A stretch of DNA of 64,000 nt from Myxococcota bacterium (GTDB lineage Bacteria; Myxococcota_A; UBA9042; PHBI01; JAWLBL01). The DNA lies in the NCBI GenBank assembly GCA_041687695.1, contig JAWLBL010000014.1:64001-128000 (forward strand). The letters are read 5' to 3'. A program made the translations under genes and the position numbers. This document shows, piece by piece, positions 1 to 8,623 of the stretch (positions within the stretch are counted from its first letter, which is position 1; every line of letters starts with the position of its first letter). Below the pieces are notes generated by a model. The model made no database searches. It saw only the letters and a list, made by a program, of their open reading frames with translations, and was not told the origin of the DNA.

Positions 1-477
1 GACGCCCAGCGAGGGCCAGACGTGGGGCATCAGCTGCATGAGGCCGCGCGCGCCGGCGTGGCTGCGGGCCTTGGGGTCGAAGTTGCTCTCGACGCGGACG
101 ACGGCCCGCACGAGGTTCTCGGGGAGGCGGTACTTCTCGGCGGCCGCCTGGATCTCCGCGTCGTACTTGGACAGCTCCTGCCGAGCGTCGCCCTGATCGT
201 CCCCGCTGGCCTCGACCAGCTTGGTCTTGGCCACGCCGCTACGGGCGGCGGCCGAGGACGACAGGAAGATGCGCGTGGTGGGCTCGGCAGGCTTGGCTAC
301 GTCCGACAGCACGACGCGTCGGTCACCGGCGCCCGCCACCCATACCTGGTCCTCCGGCGCGACCGCCTGCTGACCGGCTGCCTCGATCGCGGCCGGCTGG
401 AGGCTGGCGATGGGCTGGGCCGCGGGGACCGAGGACAGCGGCTGGGCGAACGCGAAGAACAGAAAGAAGGACTTCAT
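1..477 (-). CDS. Lytic transglycosylase (SLT domain); C-terminus runs off the left edge of the window
   Basis: Manual translation (not in ORF track): MKSFFLFFAFAQPL...YDAEIQAAAEKYRLPENLVRAVVRVESNFDPKARSHAGARGLMQLMP, with the SLT ES and GLMQ motifs; GGAG RBS before the ATG at 477. Confidence 0.9.
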   Translation of the reverse strand, partial: MKSFFLFFAFAQPLSSVPAAQPIASLQPAAIEAAGQQAVAPEDQVWVAGAGDRRVVLSDVAKPAEPTTRIFLSSSAAARSGVAKTKLVEASGDDQGDARQELSKYDAEIQAAAEKYRLPENLVRAVVRVESNFDPKARSHAGARGLMQLMPHVWPSLGV

Positions 478-699
478 CGAGTCTCCTGGCGTCTGGGGGG
501 CCGCCCCGCGCCCCCCCAGAGAGAGGGGACCGTCGCGGCGGCCGCTTGCACGTGGATGGCTCGAAGCCAAACGTGGTTCGGGTGAGGACACGCTGTGTCC
601 GCAAACGTCCGGCTAGAACCTCGGCGCCTGCCCCACCATTCCGACCAGGAGAAAAAAACTTCAATCGTGACGACAACTTGCAGCCACGCCGCGGCACAC

Positions 700-743
700 C
701 TTCGAAACGCGAAGACCCCCGAGGCGCCAAGGCCTCGGGGGTC
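700..743 (-). terminator. Intrinsic terminator-like hairpin with GTTTCGAAG tail
   Basis: Stem GACCCCCGAGG/CCTCGGGGGTC, then TTCGCGTTTCGAAG on the minus strand, just downstream of the stop at 775. Confidence 0.75.
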
Positions 744-774
744 CATCGCTGGGCGCGGGCGGCGCCCTCCGGGC

Positions 775-2274
775 TCAGGACTTGTACTTGTTGTCCGGCC
801 AGGTGGGCTTGCCGATGTCGGTGCCCTTGCCGACGTCGGTGCCCTTGTCGGTCACGTTCTCGTCGCGGTCACCGCTCAGCGACTTACCGCCGCCCAGGCC
901 CGGCTTGGACTCCGGGGCCCGACCCCGGCTGGGATCCTCGGAACGCGTGCCCCGCGACGTGCCGACGTTCGTGCCGCCGCCGATGTCGCGGTCGGTGCCC
1001 GAGGTCCGGCTGCCCGGGATGGGGACCGAGGGGCCCAGCTTGGAGCCCGGCGTGGTCGAGGTCGACGACGTCCCTCGCGAGCCGGTCGCGCCCGGCGTGG
1101 TGCCGCCGCCCGGCGACGAGCCGGTGCCGCCGCCGAGGCTGCCGCCCGAGGTGCCGGACGTGCCGAAGCCGCCGCTCTGGCCGCCGCCGAAGCTGCCGCC
1201 CTGGCCGCCGAAGCTGCCGCCCTGGCGCTCGGACGGCTGACGCGAGGACGGCTCGCCCTCACCCTGCAGCCGCTGGTCCAGCGTGTCCCCCACGTCCCGC
1301 ACGCCCTCACGCAGCCGGCGCTTGGCCGGCTCGAGGGCCTCGCGCTCCTTGCGCGAGATGGGGATGAGCATGCCCAGGACCGAGCCCACGATGAGCGCCA
1401 CGATCGACAGCATCATGGGGTGCTGGTCCCAACCCTTCCGAGCGCGCATCCGCACCTCGTCCGAGGACGGCATCCGGTCGCGCACGTTGCTGGCGCGCCC
1501 CTTGATGTCGTCGAACTTGCTCGAGGCGCGCGACTTCAGCTCGTCCGCCTTGTGCGACAGGCGCTCCTTCGCCTCCCGGCCGCGCTCCTTCATCTCGCGG
1601 CCGCGCTCCTTGATCTGCTCCTTGCGGCCGTGGTGCTCGCCGTGCTCGCGCCCCGGGGTCAGGCCCTCGGTCCCGATCGCGCCCAGCGAGCCCTGGGTCG
1701 TGCCGGTGCCGTGGCCGCTGGACGTCCCGAGAGAGCCCTGCGACCCGTACCCCGAGCGCTCGATGCCTCCGTAGCCGGCCTCGGCGCCGTAGCCCCCCGA
1801 CACGCCCGTGCCCGACCCCAGGCCGCTCGTGTCCGAGCCCTGGATGCCCGAGCGCCGGTCCAGCTCGCTGCCGTACCCGCGGTCGGAGATGGAGCCCTGC
1901 GGGCTGCCCTGCCAGGCGGGCTCGCTCCAACGGTCGGATCGGCCGTAGCCGACGTCCGCCGAGCCCTGCCACCGCTGGGACGACCGTCCGGTGTCGTCCC
2001 ACTCGCCATACACGCGCCGATCCAGGTGCTTCTGGCGCTGGCTCCTGGCGAGGATGGCCCCCAGCCCGGCCCCCACGGCGCCGCCCAGGATGGCGAGGGC
2101 CAGCGGGCTCGTCGTCGTCCGGGTCTTGATTTCGTTGACCTTGCTCACGGTTGCCTCCTTGGCCCGCTCCCGGATGTAGTTCGGCGAGGCGCGTCGCGAC
2201 AGCTCCTCGGCGATGAGGCTCAGGCGTTCGCGCGCGTCCTCGATTTCATGGCGTGCATCGTCTCGCTCGCCCAT
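775..2274 (-). CDS. DUF3618-like membrane-anchored protein with Gly/Ser-rich and LEA-like charged segments
   Basis: MGERDDARHEIEDARERLSLIAEELSRRASP resembles DUF3618; two TM helices; GGAGG RBS before ATG 2274; the longer ORF (to 3285) is an upstream extension. Confidence 0.7.
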   Translation of the reverse strand: MGERDDARHEIEDARERLSLIAEELSRRASPNYIRERAKEATVSKVNEIKTRTTTSPLALAILGGAVGAGLGAILARSQRQKHLDRRVYGEWDDTGRSSQRWQGSADVGYGRSDRWSEPAWQGSPQGSISDRGYGSELDRRSGIQGSDTSGLGSGTGVSGGYGAEAGYGGIERSGYGSQGSLGTSSGHGTGTTQGSLGAIGTEGLTPGREHGEHHGRKEQIKERGREMKERGREAKERLSHKADELKSRASSKFDDIKGRASNVRDRMPSSDEVRMRARKGWDQHPMMLSIVALIVGSVLGMLIPISRKEREALEPAKRRLREGVRDVGDTLDQRLQGEGEPSSRQPSERQGGSFGGQGGSFGGGQSGGFGTSGTSGGSLGGGTGSSPGGGTTPGATGSRGTSSTSTTPGSKLGPSVPIPGSRTSGTDRDIGGGTNVGTSRGTRSEDPSRGRAPESKPGLGGGKSLSGDRDENVTDKGTDVGKGTDIGKPTWPDNKYKS

Positions 2275-2765
2275 CGTTTGTCCTCCTCGAGTGATTGGAT
2301 GGACTGGTCCGGCCGGGCCTCCCGGGCCCGCTTGACGCCGCCCCAGGCCATGATCCCGCCGACGACCAGCAAGGCGACGCCCGTGATGAGGGCGGCGAGC
2401 CAGCCCGCCATCACGTTCGCCAGGGCCATGACGACCATCGCGACCAGCGTGAAGAAGCCGGCGAGGAGCACCACGCCACCCGCCGCGGCGGTGCCGAGCC
2501 CCTTGGCCGCCGTCCTGGCCTGGACCTTCAGGTCCGCCGTGATGAGGTGCGCCTCCTCGCGGAGGAGCCGCTTGGCCTGGTCCAGCCCGTCCCTGACGAG
2601 CTCGGACGTGGGGCGATGGGCGATCTCCGCGCGGCTCGGGCCGTGCCCCTCGAGGCCCGCCCCGTGGCCGACCTCCAGGCCGCCCTCGTGTCCGAACGTC
2701 TGCGTGCGCCCCTCGAGGTCGCGGCCTCCTCGGCCTCCGATGCCCTGATAATGTTGTCTCTCCAC
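2220..2765 (-). CDS. YqjE/phage-holin-3_6-like membrane protein
   Basis: ELVRDGLDQAKRLLREEAHL..., two TM helices, ...PDQSIQSLEEDKRW; GGAGG RBS; family typically found beside DUF3618. Confidence 0.75.
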   Translation of the reverse strand: MERQHYQGIGGRGGRDLEGRTQTFGHEGGLEVGHGAGLEGHGPSRAEIAHRPTSELVRDGLDQAKRLLREEAHLITADLKVQARTAAKGLGTAAAGGVVLLAGFFTLVAMVVMALANVMAGWLAALITGVALLVVGGIMAWGGVKRAREARPDQSIQSLEEDKRWASETMHAMKSRTRANA

Positions 2766-2776
2766 GGGTCACCTCC

Positions 2777-3193
2777 TCATTCGCGGAGCAGGCGCGCCCC
2801 GAGGAAGCCGAGCGCGAAGAACCCGGCCATCGAGAAGCCCGGGTGCGCGCGCATCTCGTGCTGCACCCGCTCGATGAGCTCGTCCGCGGAGCGGCTCTCG
2901 AGCATGTCCGAGGCGCTGCGCACCCAGCCCGCCGCCATCGACGACAGCGACTCGATGCGCTCGTCGACCTGCTCCTCGTGGGAAGCCTCCTCGAGGTGCT
3001 CGGCGATGGCCCGCAGCCCGCTCGCGATGTCGTGCTTTTTGCTGTCGGCGATGCCCGCGGCCTTGTGCATGGCCGACGAGCCGAGCTTCTTCGCCCGCTC
3101 ACGCGCCTCGTCCGACAGGTTGTCCTGTCCTCGCTGGGGAGGCGTCTCGAACCCCCCCGAGGACGACTGCCAGCTCGGGTTTCGTTCATCCAT
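2777..3193 (-). CDS. Hypothetical protein, ElaB/YqjD-like tail anchor
   Basis: Helical charged body ending RAHPGFSMAGFFALGFLGARLLRE; AGGAGG RBS before ATG 3193. Confidence 0.7.
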   Translation of the reverse strand: MDERNPSWQSSSGGFETPPQRGQDNLSDEARERAKKLGSSAMHKAAGIADSKKHDIASGLRAIAEHLEEASHEEQVDERIESLSSMAAGWVRSASDMLESRSADELIERVQHEMRAHPGFSMAGFFALGFLGARLLRE

Positions 3194-3465
3194 GGCCAAC
3201 CTCCTGTTGCAACTCGGATGACGTCGAGGGGGCGGCGGCGCTCGCGCCCTCGCCGATCGCAGCTATGTATCGAAATCCTATGCACTAATCGCTAAGGCTC
3301 CACCCAGCCCGCGCCCCGCGACGGGTCCCCCGGACGCCAGGAATTTGGACGCGCCCGCGTCCTCGCGGCACCCTCGCGCGCGTTCGCCCCATCGCCGGAC
3401 CCACGGCTCCCGCGAGGCCGCACCGGCCTCGACGGCCCGGGCCCCGCGCTGCCCACGGTGCTGCC

Positions 3466-3939
3466 ATGAGCGTTGCCCTGCCCCACCCCGAGGCCTCTCC
3501 CGCCGGCTCGCCCAGCGACCGCCGCCCGAACCCGCTCCGCCGCGAGACCGCGCGCCCCCGCCTCGAGGTCGTCCGGACCTCGGACGAGCTGAGCTCGGTC
3601 GTGCTCGTCGAGGCGAGCCCGTCCCCCCACGACGCCGTCATCGCCTCGCTGCGCGAGCACCTGGCGACGCTGGCCACGCGCTACGCCGAGCACGTGGCGG
3701 ACCTCGAGCGGCGCCTCGACGACAAGCGCGAAGAGGCCGAAGAGGGTTGGCGCATCGCCCAGGCCGCGCAGGCCAGGGCCAAGGCGCTGACCGCCCGCGT
3801 GGGGTCGCTGGAGCAGGCCCTGAGCCTGACCCAGTCCACCGTGACGGACCTCGAGGCGCGCAACGCCCGCCTGGCCGAGGCCGCGAGCCTGCCCTGGTGG
3901 GCGTTCAAGCGCCGCCGCGAGCTGGTCGAGGGGGCCTGA
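3466..3939 (+). CDS. Hypothetical coiled-coil protein
   Basis: 157 aa, heptad-rich, ends LPWWAFKRRRELVEGA; GC3-biased codons. Confidence 0.65.
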   Translation: MSVALPHPEASPAGSPSDRRPNPLRRETARPRLEVVRTSDELSSVVLVEASPSPHDAVIASLREHLATLATRYAEHVADLERRLDDKREEAEEGWRIAQAAQARAKALTARVGSLEQALSLTQSTVTDLEARNARLAEAASLPWWAFKRRRELVEGA

Positions 3940-4158
3940 GCAGACCCGATCGGTCAGCGGTGGCGGTAGACCTTTCCCGAGTCCGAAGGCCGAATCCGTG
4001 GCCCGGCTCCGTGGCTGTGTCGGCGCACCGAGCCCTTCCGCCGTGGCCGCGGCTGGCCCGGACGGTCTGGCTTCGAGCGCCCGACCCACCGCGCAGCGAG
4101 CTGCGCGACCCACGAGCACGAGCAAGCTCGTGCAGTCCGGAAGCAGCATCCCAGTGAG

Positions 4159-4322
4159 GGCCACGGCCACGGCCTCGGCCACGGTCCAACGGCCACGGTC
4201 CACGGTCATCGCGAAGGCCACGGCCACCGTCACGGCCACCGCCGGCCACGGTCACGGCCACGGTCCACGGCCACGGTCCACGGCCACGGTCCACGGCCAC
4301 GGTCCACGGCCACGGCCACGGT
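4159..4322 (+). repeat. Degenerate (GGCCAC)n tandem array #1
   Basis: Runs of GGCCAC/GGTCCAC/GGTCAC between convergent genes. Confidence 0.9.
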
Positions 4323-4424
4323 CTACCCCCGCGGCCGGTCATCGAGGGGGCCTGAGCCCTGTGCGGTTGGTCGAGAGGGCCTGAGCCCCCGGTCGCTCAG
4401 CGAGGCGTCCCGCCCCCCTGCCGA

Positions 4425-6083
4425 TTACGGCGCGGCAGGGGCCCCGGGCGCGGCGCCAGGTGTCGGCTGAGCGCCGGGCGCCGGCTGGGTGCCCGCGTCC
4501 GGCGACGGCGCCGGGGCCGGCTGCGCATCGGGCGCGGCGCCAGGCGTCGGCTGCGCCCCCGGGACGGCCTCGGGCGGGGCCTCGGGCGCGGCGGGCGCGG
4601 CCGGCGGCTCGACGCCCTGGGGCGGCATCGGGACGGCCGGCGCGCTGCCCGGCGGCTGCACCGGCGCGCCGGCGGGCGGACTGGGCACGGTCGGCTGCCC
4701 CGCCCGGTCCTGGAGATCGGCCGGCGGGACGCCGCGCAGGGCCAGCTGCCCCTGGCGGGCGTAGTCGATGGCCTGCGCCAGCACGCGCGCGGCCTCCTCG
4801 GGGGCGTGGAAGCCCATCGAGTTCTCGGCCTCGATGAAGTCGACGTAGAACTGGGCGCGCCGCTGCATCTCCTGAGCCTGGGCGATGCCCACGGCCGCGG
4901 CGCCCGCGGCCCGCGAGCGCTCGAGATCGCCGATGAGCGCGACCAACGCGTCCATGGCGCGGTTGCGCAGGGCGTAGGTGCGGTCCTGGATGGTGTAGAC
5001 GCGCTCGCGCAGCTCCTCCTCGCTGGCCTTGTGGCAGGTCTGGCAGGCGCGGTTGATGTTGAGCAGCGGGCTGCGGACGTGGTGGTCGCTGAGCTTGAGG
5101 GCGCCCTCGCGCTTGTAGGGCATGTGGCAGTCGGCGCAGGTGACGCCCGCGCGCGCGTGGATGCCCTGGTTCCACATCTCGAACTCGGGGTGCTGCGCCT
5201 TGAGGACCGGCGCGCCGGTCAGCGCGTGGGTCCAGTCCTTGAACCCCACCTCCTGGTAGTAGGCGTACATGTCATCGACGCGCAGCCCGTTGTGCCACGG
5301 GTAGGTGAGGCGCTTCTCACTGCCCTTGAAGTAGTACTCGACGTGGCACTGGCCGCAGACGAAGGCGCGCATCTCCTGGTGGGTCGCCTGGGTGTTCACG
5401 TCGTAGTCCGGGTCATTCTTGACCAGGCGGATGGCCTCGATGAAGCCGGGGCGCGTCACGCGCAGCTGCATGGTCTGCGGGTGGTGGCAGTCGATGCAGG
5501 CCACCGGGTGCTCGACGTGCTCGACCGCCTGCTGGTAGGGCATCTGGTTGAGGACCTCGAAGCCCTTGATGAGGTCGCCGTCGCCGGCCTTCTTGTAGGC
5601 GACGTAGGTCGAGGCGTGGCAGTGCAGGCAGGTCCCCGGCTGCTGCGTCACCCCCTGCCGCTCGGTGAAGACCTGGTCCGAGAGCATGTAGGCGTGGCCG
5701 CGCTCCTCGCGGAAGTCGGTCGCGAAGGCGTAGCCGGCCCACATGGTCTTCAGGCGCGGGTCCTCCTCGAGGCGCGACTGCGCGACGATGGAGCGCGGAT
5801 CGGCGTCGGTCGGGGTCCGCTGGACGGCCTCGCTGCCGCCGTAGCGCGTGCGCTGCTGGTCGACCGTGCGCCGGTAGTCGTCGTACTGCCGCGGGAAGTT
5901 CTTGCCCCACACCGCCGGGTCGACCGTCTCGTCGTCCAGCTCGACCACGCGGTAGAAGGGGTTGCGCGCCTCCTGGCGGCGCTCGAAGATGTTCACGAGC
6001 AGCATCGCCACCAGGGCCGCGGCCAGCGCGCCCGCCGCGGCGGCCGCGACGAGCATGAAGCGTCGGGATTGCCAAAAGCGCAT
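4425..6083 (-). CDS. nrfA: Ammonia-forming cytochrome c nitrite reductase, catalytic subunit (CxxCH at heme 1)
   Basis: Five heme motifs CLHCH, CIDCH, CGQCH, CADCH, CQTCH; EERGH, KAQHPEFE, SDH, ENSMGFH; Pro/Ala-rich C-terminal tail. Confidence 0.95.
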   Translation of the reverse strand: MRFWQSRRFMLVAAAAAGALAAALVAMLLVNIFERRQEARNPFYRVVELDDETVDPAVWGKNFPRQYDDYRRTVDQQRTRYGGSEAVQRTPTDADPRSIVAQSRLEEDPRLKTMWAGYAFATDFREERGHAYMLSDQVFTERQGVTQQPGTCLHCHASTYVAYKKAGDGDLIKGFEVLNQMPYQQAVEHVEHPVACIDCHHPQTMQLRVTRPGFIEAIRLVKNDPDYDVNTQATHQEMRAFVCGQCHVEYYFKGSEKRLTYPWHNGLRVDDMYAYYQEVGFKDWTHALTGAPVLKAQHPEFEMWNQGIHARAGVTCADCHMPYKREGALKLSDHHVRSPLLNINRACQTCHKASEEELRERVYTIQDRTYALRNRAMDALVALIGDLERSRAAGAAAVGIAQAQEMQRRAQFYVDFIEAENSMGFHAPEEAARVLAQAIDYARQGQLALRGVPPADLQDRAGQPTVPSPPAGAPVQPPGSAPAVPMPPQGVEPPAAPAAPEAPPEAVPGAQPTPGAAPDAQPAPAPSPDAGTQPAPGAQPTPGAAPGAPAAP

Positions 6084-6094
6084 GGCCTGCTCTC

Positions 6095-6607
6095 CTAATT
6101 GAAGTCTGGGTGGCCTACGGTGCCGTGACAGCGGATGCAGCTCATCCGATCGTCGGGGTCACCCTGGCCCCCGGCCAGGGCGGGGTGCTCGATCATGTCG
6201 GTCACGTCGGCGTGACAGCTCCGGCACGTCTGCTCGGTGACGCGCCGGTTGGAGCCGCGGATCTGGATGGGCTCGTGGAAGTCGCCGGTGGTGAAGGCGT
6301 ACGAGTGCCAGAACCCGTTCTCGGCCTTGACCCAGTACTTGTGGAAGAACGAGTCGTGCGGCGCGTGGCAGTCGTTGCAGACCGCGACCGCGTGGTGGGT
6401 CGACTTCTGCCAGCCGTCGTAATAGGGCTGCATGATGTGGCAGTTGGCGCAGGCCGCGGGGTCGTTGGTCAGGTACGAGGCCCCCTCGGCGTAGACGAAG
6501 GTGTAGGTCCCGACGCCCACGGCGCTGCCAGCGACCACGGCGACCACCAGGCCGAGCGACACGGTCAGCTTGGTCAAGCGTCTGTTGGGAACCTTGGGCT
6601 CGGCCAT
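6095..6607 (-). CDS. nrfH: Cytochrome c nitrite reductase small subunit (NapC/NirT family tetraheme)
   Basis: TM helix, then SYLTNDPAACANCH, CNDCH, CRSCH, CIRCH; directly upstream of nrfA. Confidence 0.95.
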   Translation of the reverse strand: MAEPKVPNRRLTKLTVSLGLVVAVVAGSAVGVGTYTFVYAEGASYLTNDPAACANCHIMQPYYDGWQKSTHHAVAVCNDCHAPHDSFFHKYWVKAENGFWHSYAFTTGDFHEPIQIRGSNRRVTEQTCRSCHADVTDMIEHPALAGGQGDPDDRMSCIRCHGTVGHPDFN

Positions 6608-6755
6608 CGCCTCTCCCTGCACTGCGTGCGCTGCGCCCGCACGGAGCCTGATGCGCCCCGAGCGTCCTCACCGAGATGGAGTCGCCCCGAGGTCTAATCG
6701 ACTCGGGCAGCGCCAACAAGGGAATAGTCTTCGCCGCGCCGCGGCCGGAACAGCC

Positions 6756-8222
6756 CTATTCGGCGTCGTGCGGCAAGCTCGAGTGCGGTGAGCGCAGGTA
6801 CACGAACGGCGTCAGGTGCAGGAAGTTCGACACGCGCGACAGGTAGATGTCCGCGTAGCGCTCGATCTGGCGCGCGGCGTGGCTCTTGTCGTTGCCGGCG
6901 CGCATCAGCAGGCCCCAGCGGGCGTTGCTGAGCTGGCTGGAGCGCTGGGCCAGGGGCGCGATGCGGGCGTCGAGGGCGACCAGGGTCTCGCGCAGCTCGG
7001 TGAACCTCGCCTCGAGGCGCTCGGCCGGCTCGTCGGGCTGCGGGCCATAGCCGGCGCGCTTGCGCTGCAGCGCGATGCGGACCAGCGACAGCGCGTGCTC
7101 GAGCCGGGTCTTGTCGACCATCATCTCCGACAGGCGCCGCTGGTCGTCCTCGAAGCCGCCGATGGCCTCGACCTCGGCCTCGAGCTCGCGCACGACCAGG
7201 GCCGTGCGCCAGCGCAGCACGCTCTTGGTGACGTTGACGTCGGCGAAGATGTGGTCGCCGACGTACAGGATCTCGGAGCCGCTGAGGCCGAGCTGGCGCT
7301 CGATGATGGCCGCGTCGCCGCCGTGGTAGGTCCGCCCCGGCTCGAGCGGGCCGATGACGGGGCGCAGCAGGCCCTCCTCGTTGACCACCTCGTAGATGGG
7401 GTTGCGCTGCGAGAAGAACAGGGGCTTGCGCGCCGAGACGATGCGCAGGTCGAACAGATCGCGCCAGGTCATGCCGTCGGGCAGGAAGCGGTCGAAGGCC
7501 CACGTCATCATGGCCGACGTGTAGTGCCACTCGCTGTTGGTGATGAGCAGCAGCTTCTTTCCGGCGGCGCGCTGGTCGAGCAGGGTCAGGGGCAGATCGG
7601 GGTCCAGGTCGACGTAGTGCTCGGGGTTCGCGATGATCTCGGCCTTGAGCCGCCCCTCCATGTGGGTCTCGTCGATGTTGCGGCGCACCAGGGCGTACAG
7701 GTCGGCGTAGCCGATGGCCTTGGGCAGGCGCCCCTCGTCGAGGAGATCGACCAGCTGCATGTACATGCAGGCTTCGGACAGCGAGAAGAAGGTGTTGAGG
7801 AAGACCCAGCGCGGCTCGCGCAGATCGATGACCGTGCGGGCGTACAGCTCGCGGTAGGCCTCGAACTCGAGCGGGCGCGTGCCGTGGGTGGCCGACTTGA
7901 CGAAGCCGAAGCGGTCGCACTTGACGACGTTGCCCAGCTCGGTGTCGAGGATGAGCCCGCGGATGACCAGGTCGGGATCGAACTCGAGCGCGCCGACCGG
8001 CCAGCCCAGCTCGCCCATCTTCTCGCGCAGGTACTCGTAGGCCCGCCGCTCCCACGCCCCCACGTGGTAGTGGATGAGCGTGTAGTCCATGTCGTAGCCG
8101 ATGGCGCGGATGGCGCGCAGGTTCAGCGTCCGGTTGCAGAAGATGCCGCGGCCGCGCGGGGGCGGCGTCAGCTGCTGCGTCGTCGTGGTCAGGGGCTCGG
8201 TAGAGGGCTCGGGTCGGGTCAT
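6756..8222 (-). CDS. HAD-IG family 5'-nucleotidase (cN-II-like)
   Basis: IFCNRTLNL, GYDMDYTL, ITNS, ARKP and YVGDHIFADV motifs; start placed at MTRPEP. Confidence 0.92.
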   Translation of the reverse strand: MTRPEPSTEPLTTTTQQLTPPPRGRGIFCNRTLNLRAIRAIGYDMDYTLIHYHVGAWERRAYEYLREKMGELGWPVGALEFDPDLVIRGLILDTELGNVVKCDRFGFVKSATHGTRPLEFEAYRELYARTVIDLREPRWVFLNTFFSLSEACMYMQLVDLLDEGRLPKAIGYADLYALVRRNIDETHMEGRLKAEIIANPEHYVDLDPDLPLTLLDQRAAGKKLLLITNSEWHYTSAMMTWAFDRFLPDGMTWRDLFDLRIVSARKPLFFSQRNPIYEVVNEEGLLRPVIGPLEPGRTYHGGDAAIIERQLGLSGSEILYVGDHIFADVNVTKSVLRWRTALVVRELEAEVEAIGGFEDDQRRLSEMMVDKTRLEHALSLVRIALQRKRAGYGPQPDEPAERLEARFTELRETLVALDARIAPLAQRSSQLSNARWGLLMRAGNDKSHAARQIERYADIYLSRVSNFLHLTPFVYLRSPHSSLPHDAE

Positions 8223-8333
8223 CGGGGGTCCTGGCGGGGGCGTGCGGGCCGCGTCAGGCGGCCGGAACGGGCAAGCTCGCCCCGAAGCGGGGTCGAGCGC
8301 AAGTCTCGTGCCTTCGATCGCCCACGCCGCACG

Positions 8334-8597
8334 GGCCTGGCACCTGGTCCGACCAGGTCTGGTACCTGCTCCGACCAGGCCTGGCACCTACTCAGACCTG
8401 GTCTGGCACCTACTCAGACCTGGTCCGGCACCTACTCAGACCTGGTCTGGCACCTACTCAGAGCTGGTCTGGCACGTACTCAGACCTGGTCTGGCACCAA
8501 CTCAGACCTGGTCTGGCATCTACTCAGAGCTGGTCTGGCATCTACTCAGAGCTGGTCTGGCACCTACTCAGACCAGGTCCGGTACCTACTCCGCACA
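8334..8597. repeat. Tandem array of 12 x 22-bp units, consensus GGTCTGGCACCTACTCAGACCT
   Basis: Units start at 8334, 8356, 8378, 8400, 8422, 8444, 8466, 8488, 8510, 8532, 8554 and 8576; no spacers; internal GGTCTG/CAGACC inverted repeat. Confidence 0.95.
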
Positions 8598-8623
8598 GGC
8601 CGCGCCCCCACGCCGCAGGTCCG

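Noticed and set aside
2220..2765. Prophage lysis module (holin-like gene near a lytic transglycosylase)
   Set aside because: YqjE-like family in a DUF3618 host cluster; the SLT gene is separated by a terminator; no phage genes
4125..4150. SRP RNA-like GTCCGGAAGCAGC
   Set aside because: Lacks the full CAGGTCCGGAAGGAAGCAGC core and the long enclosing stem
8334..8597. CRISPR array
   Set aside because: Units are contiguous with no unique spacers, and there are no cas genes in the window
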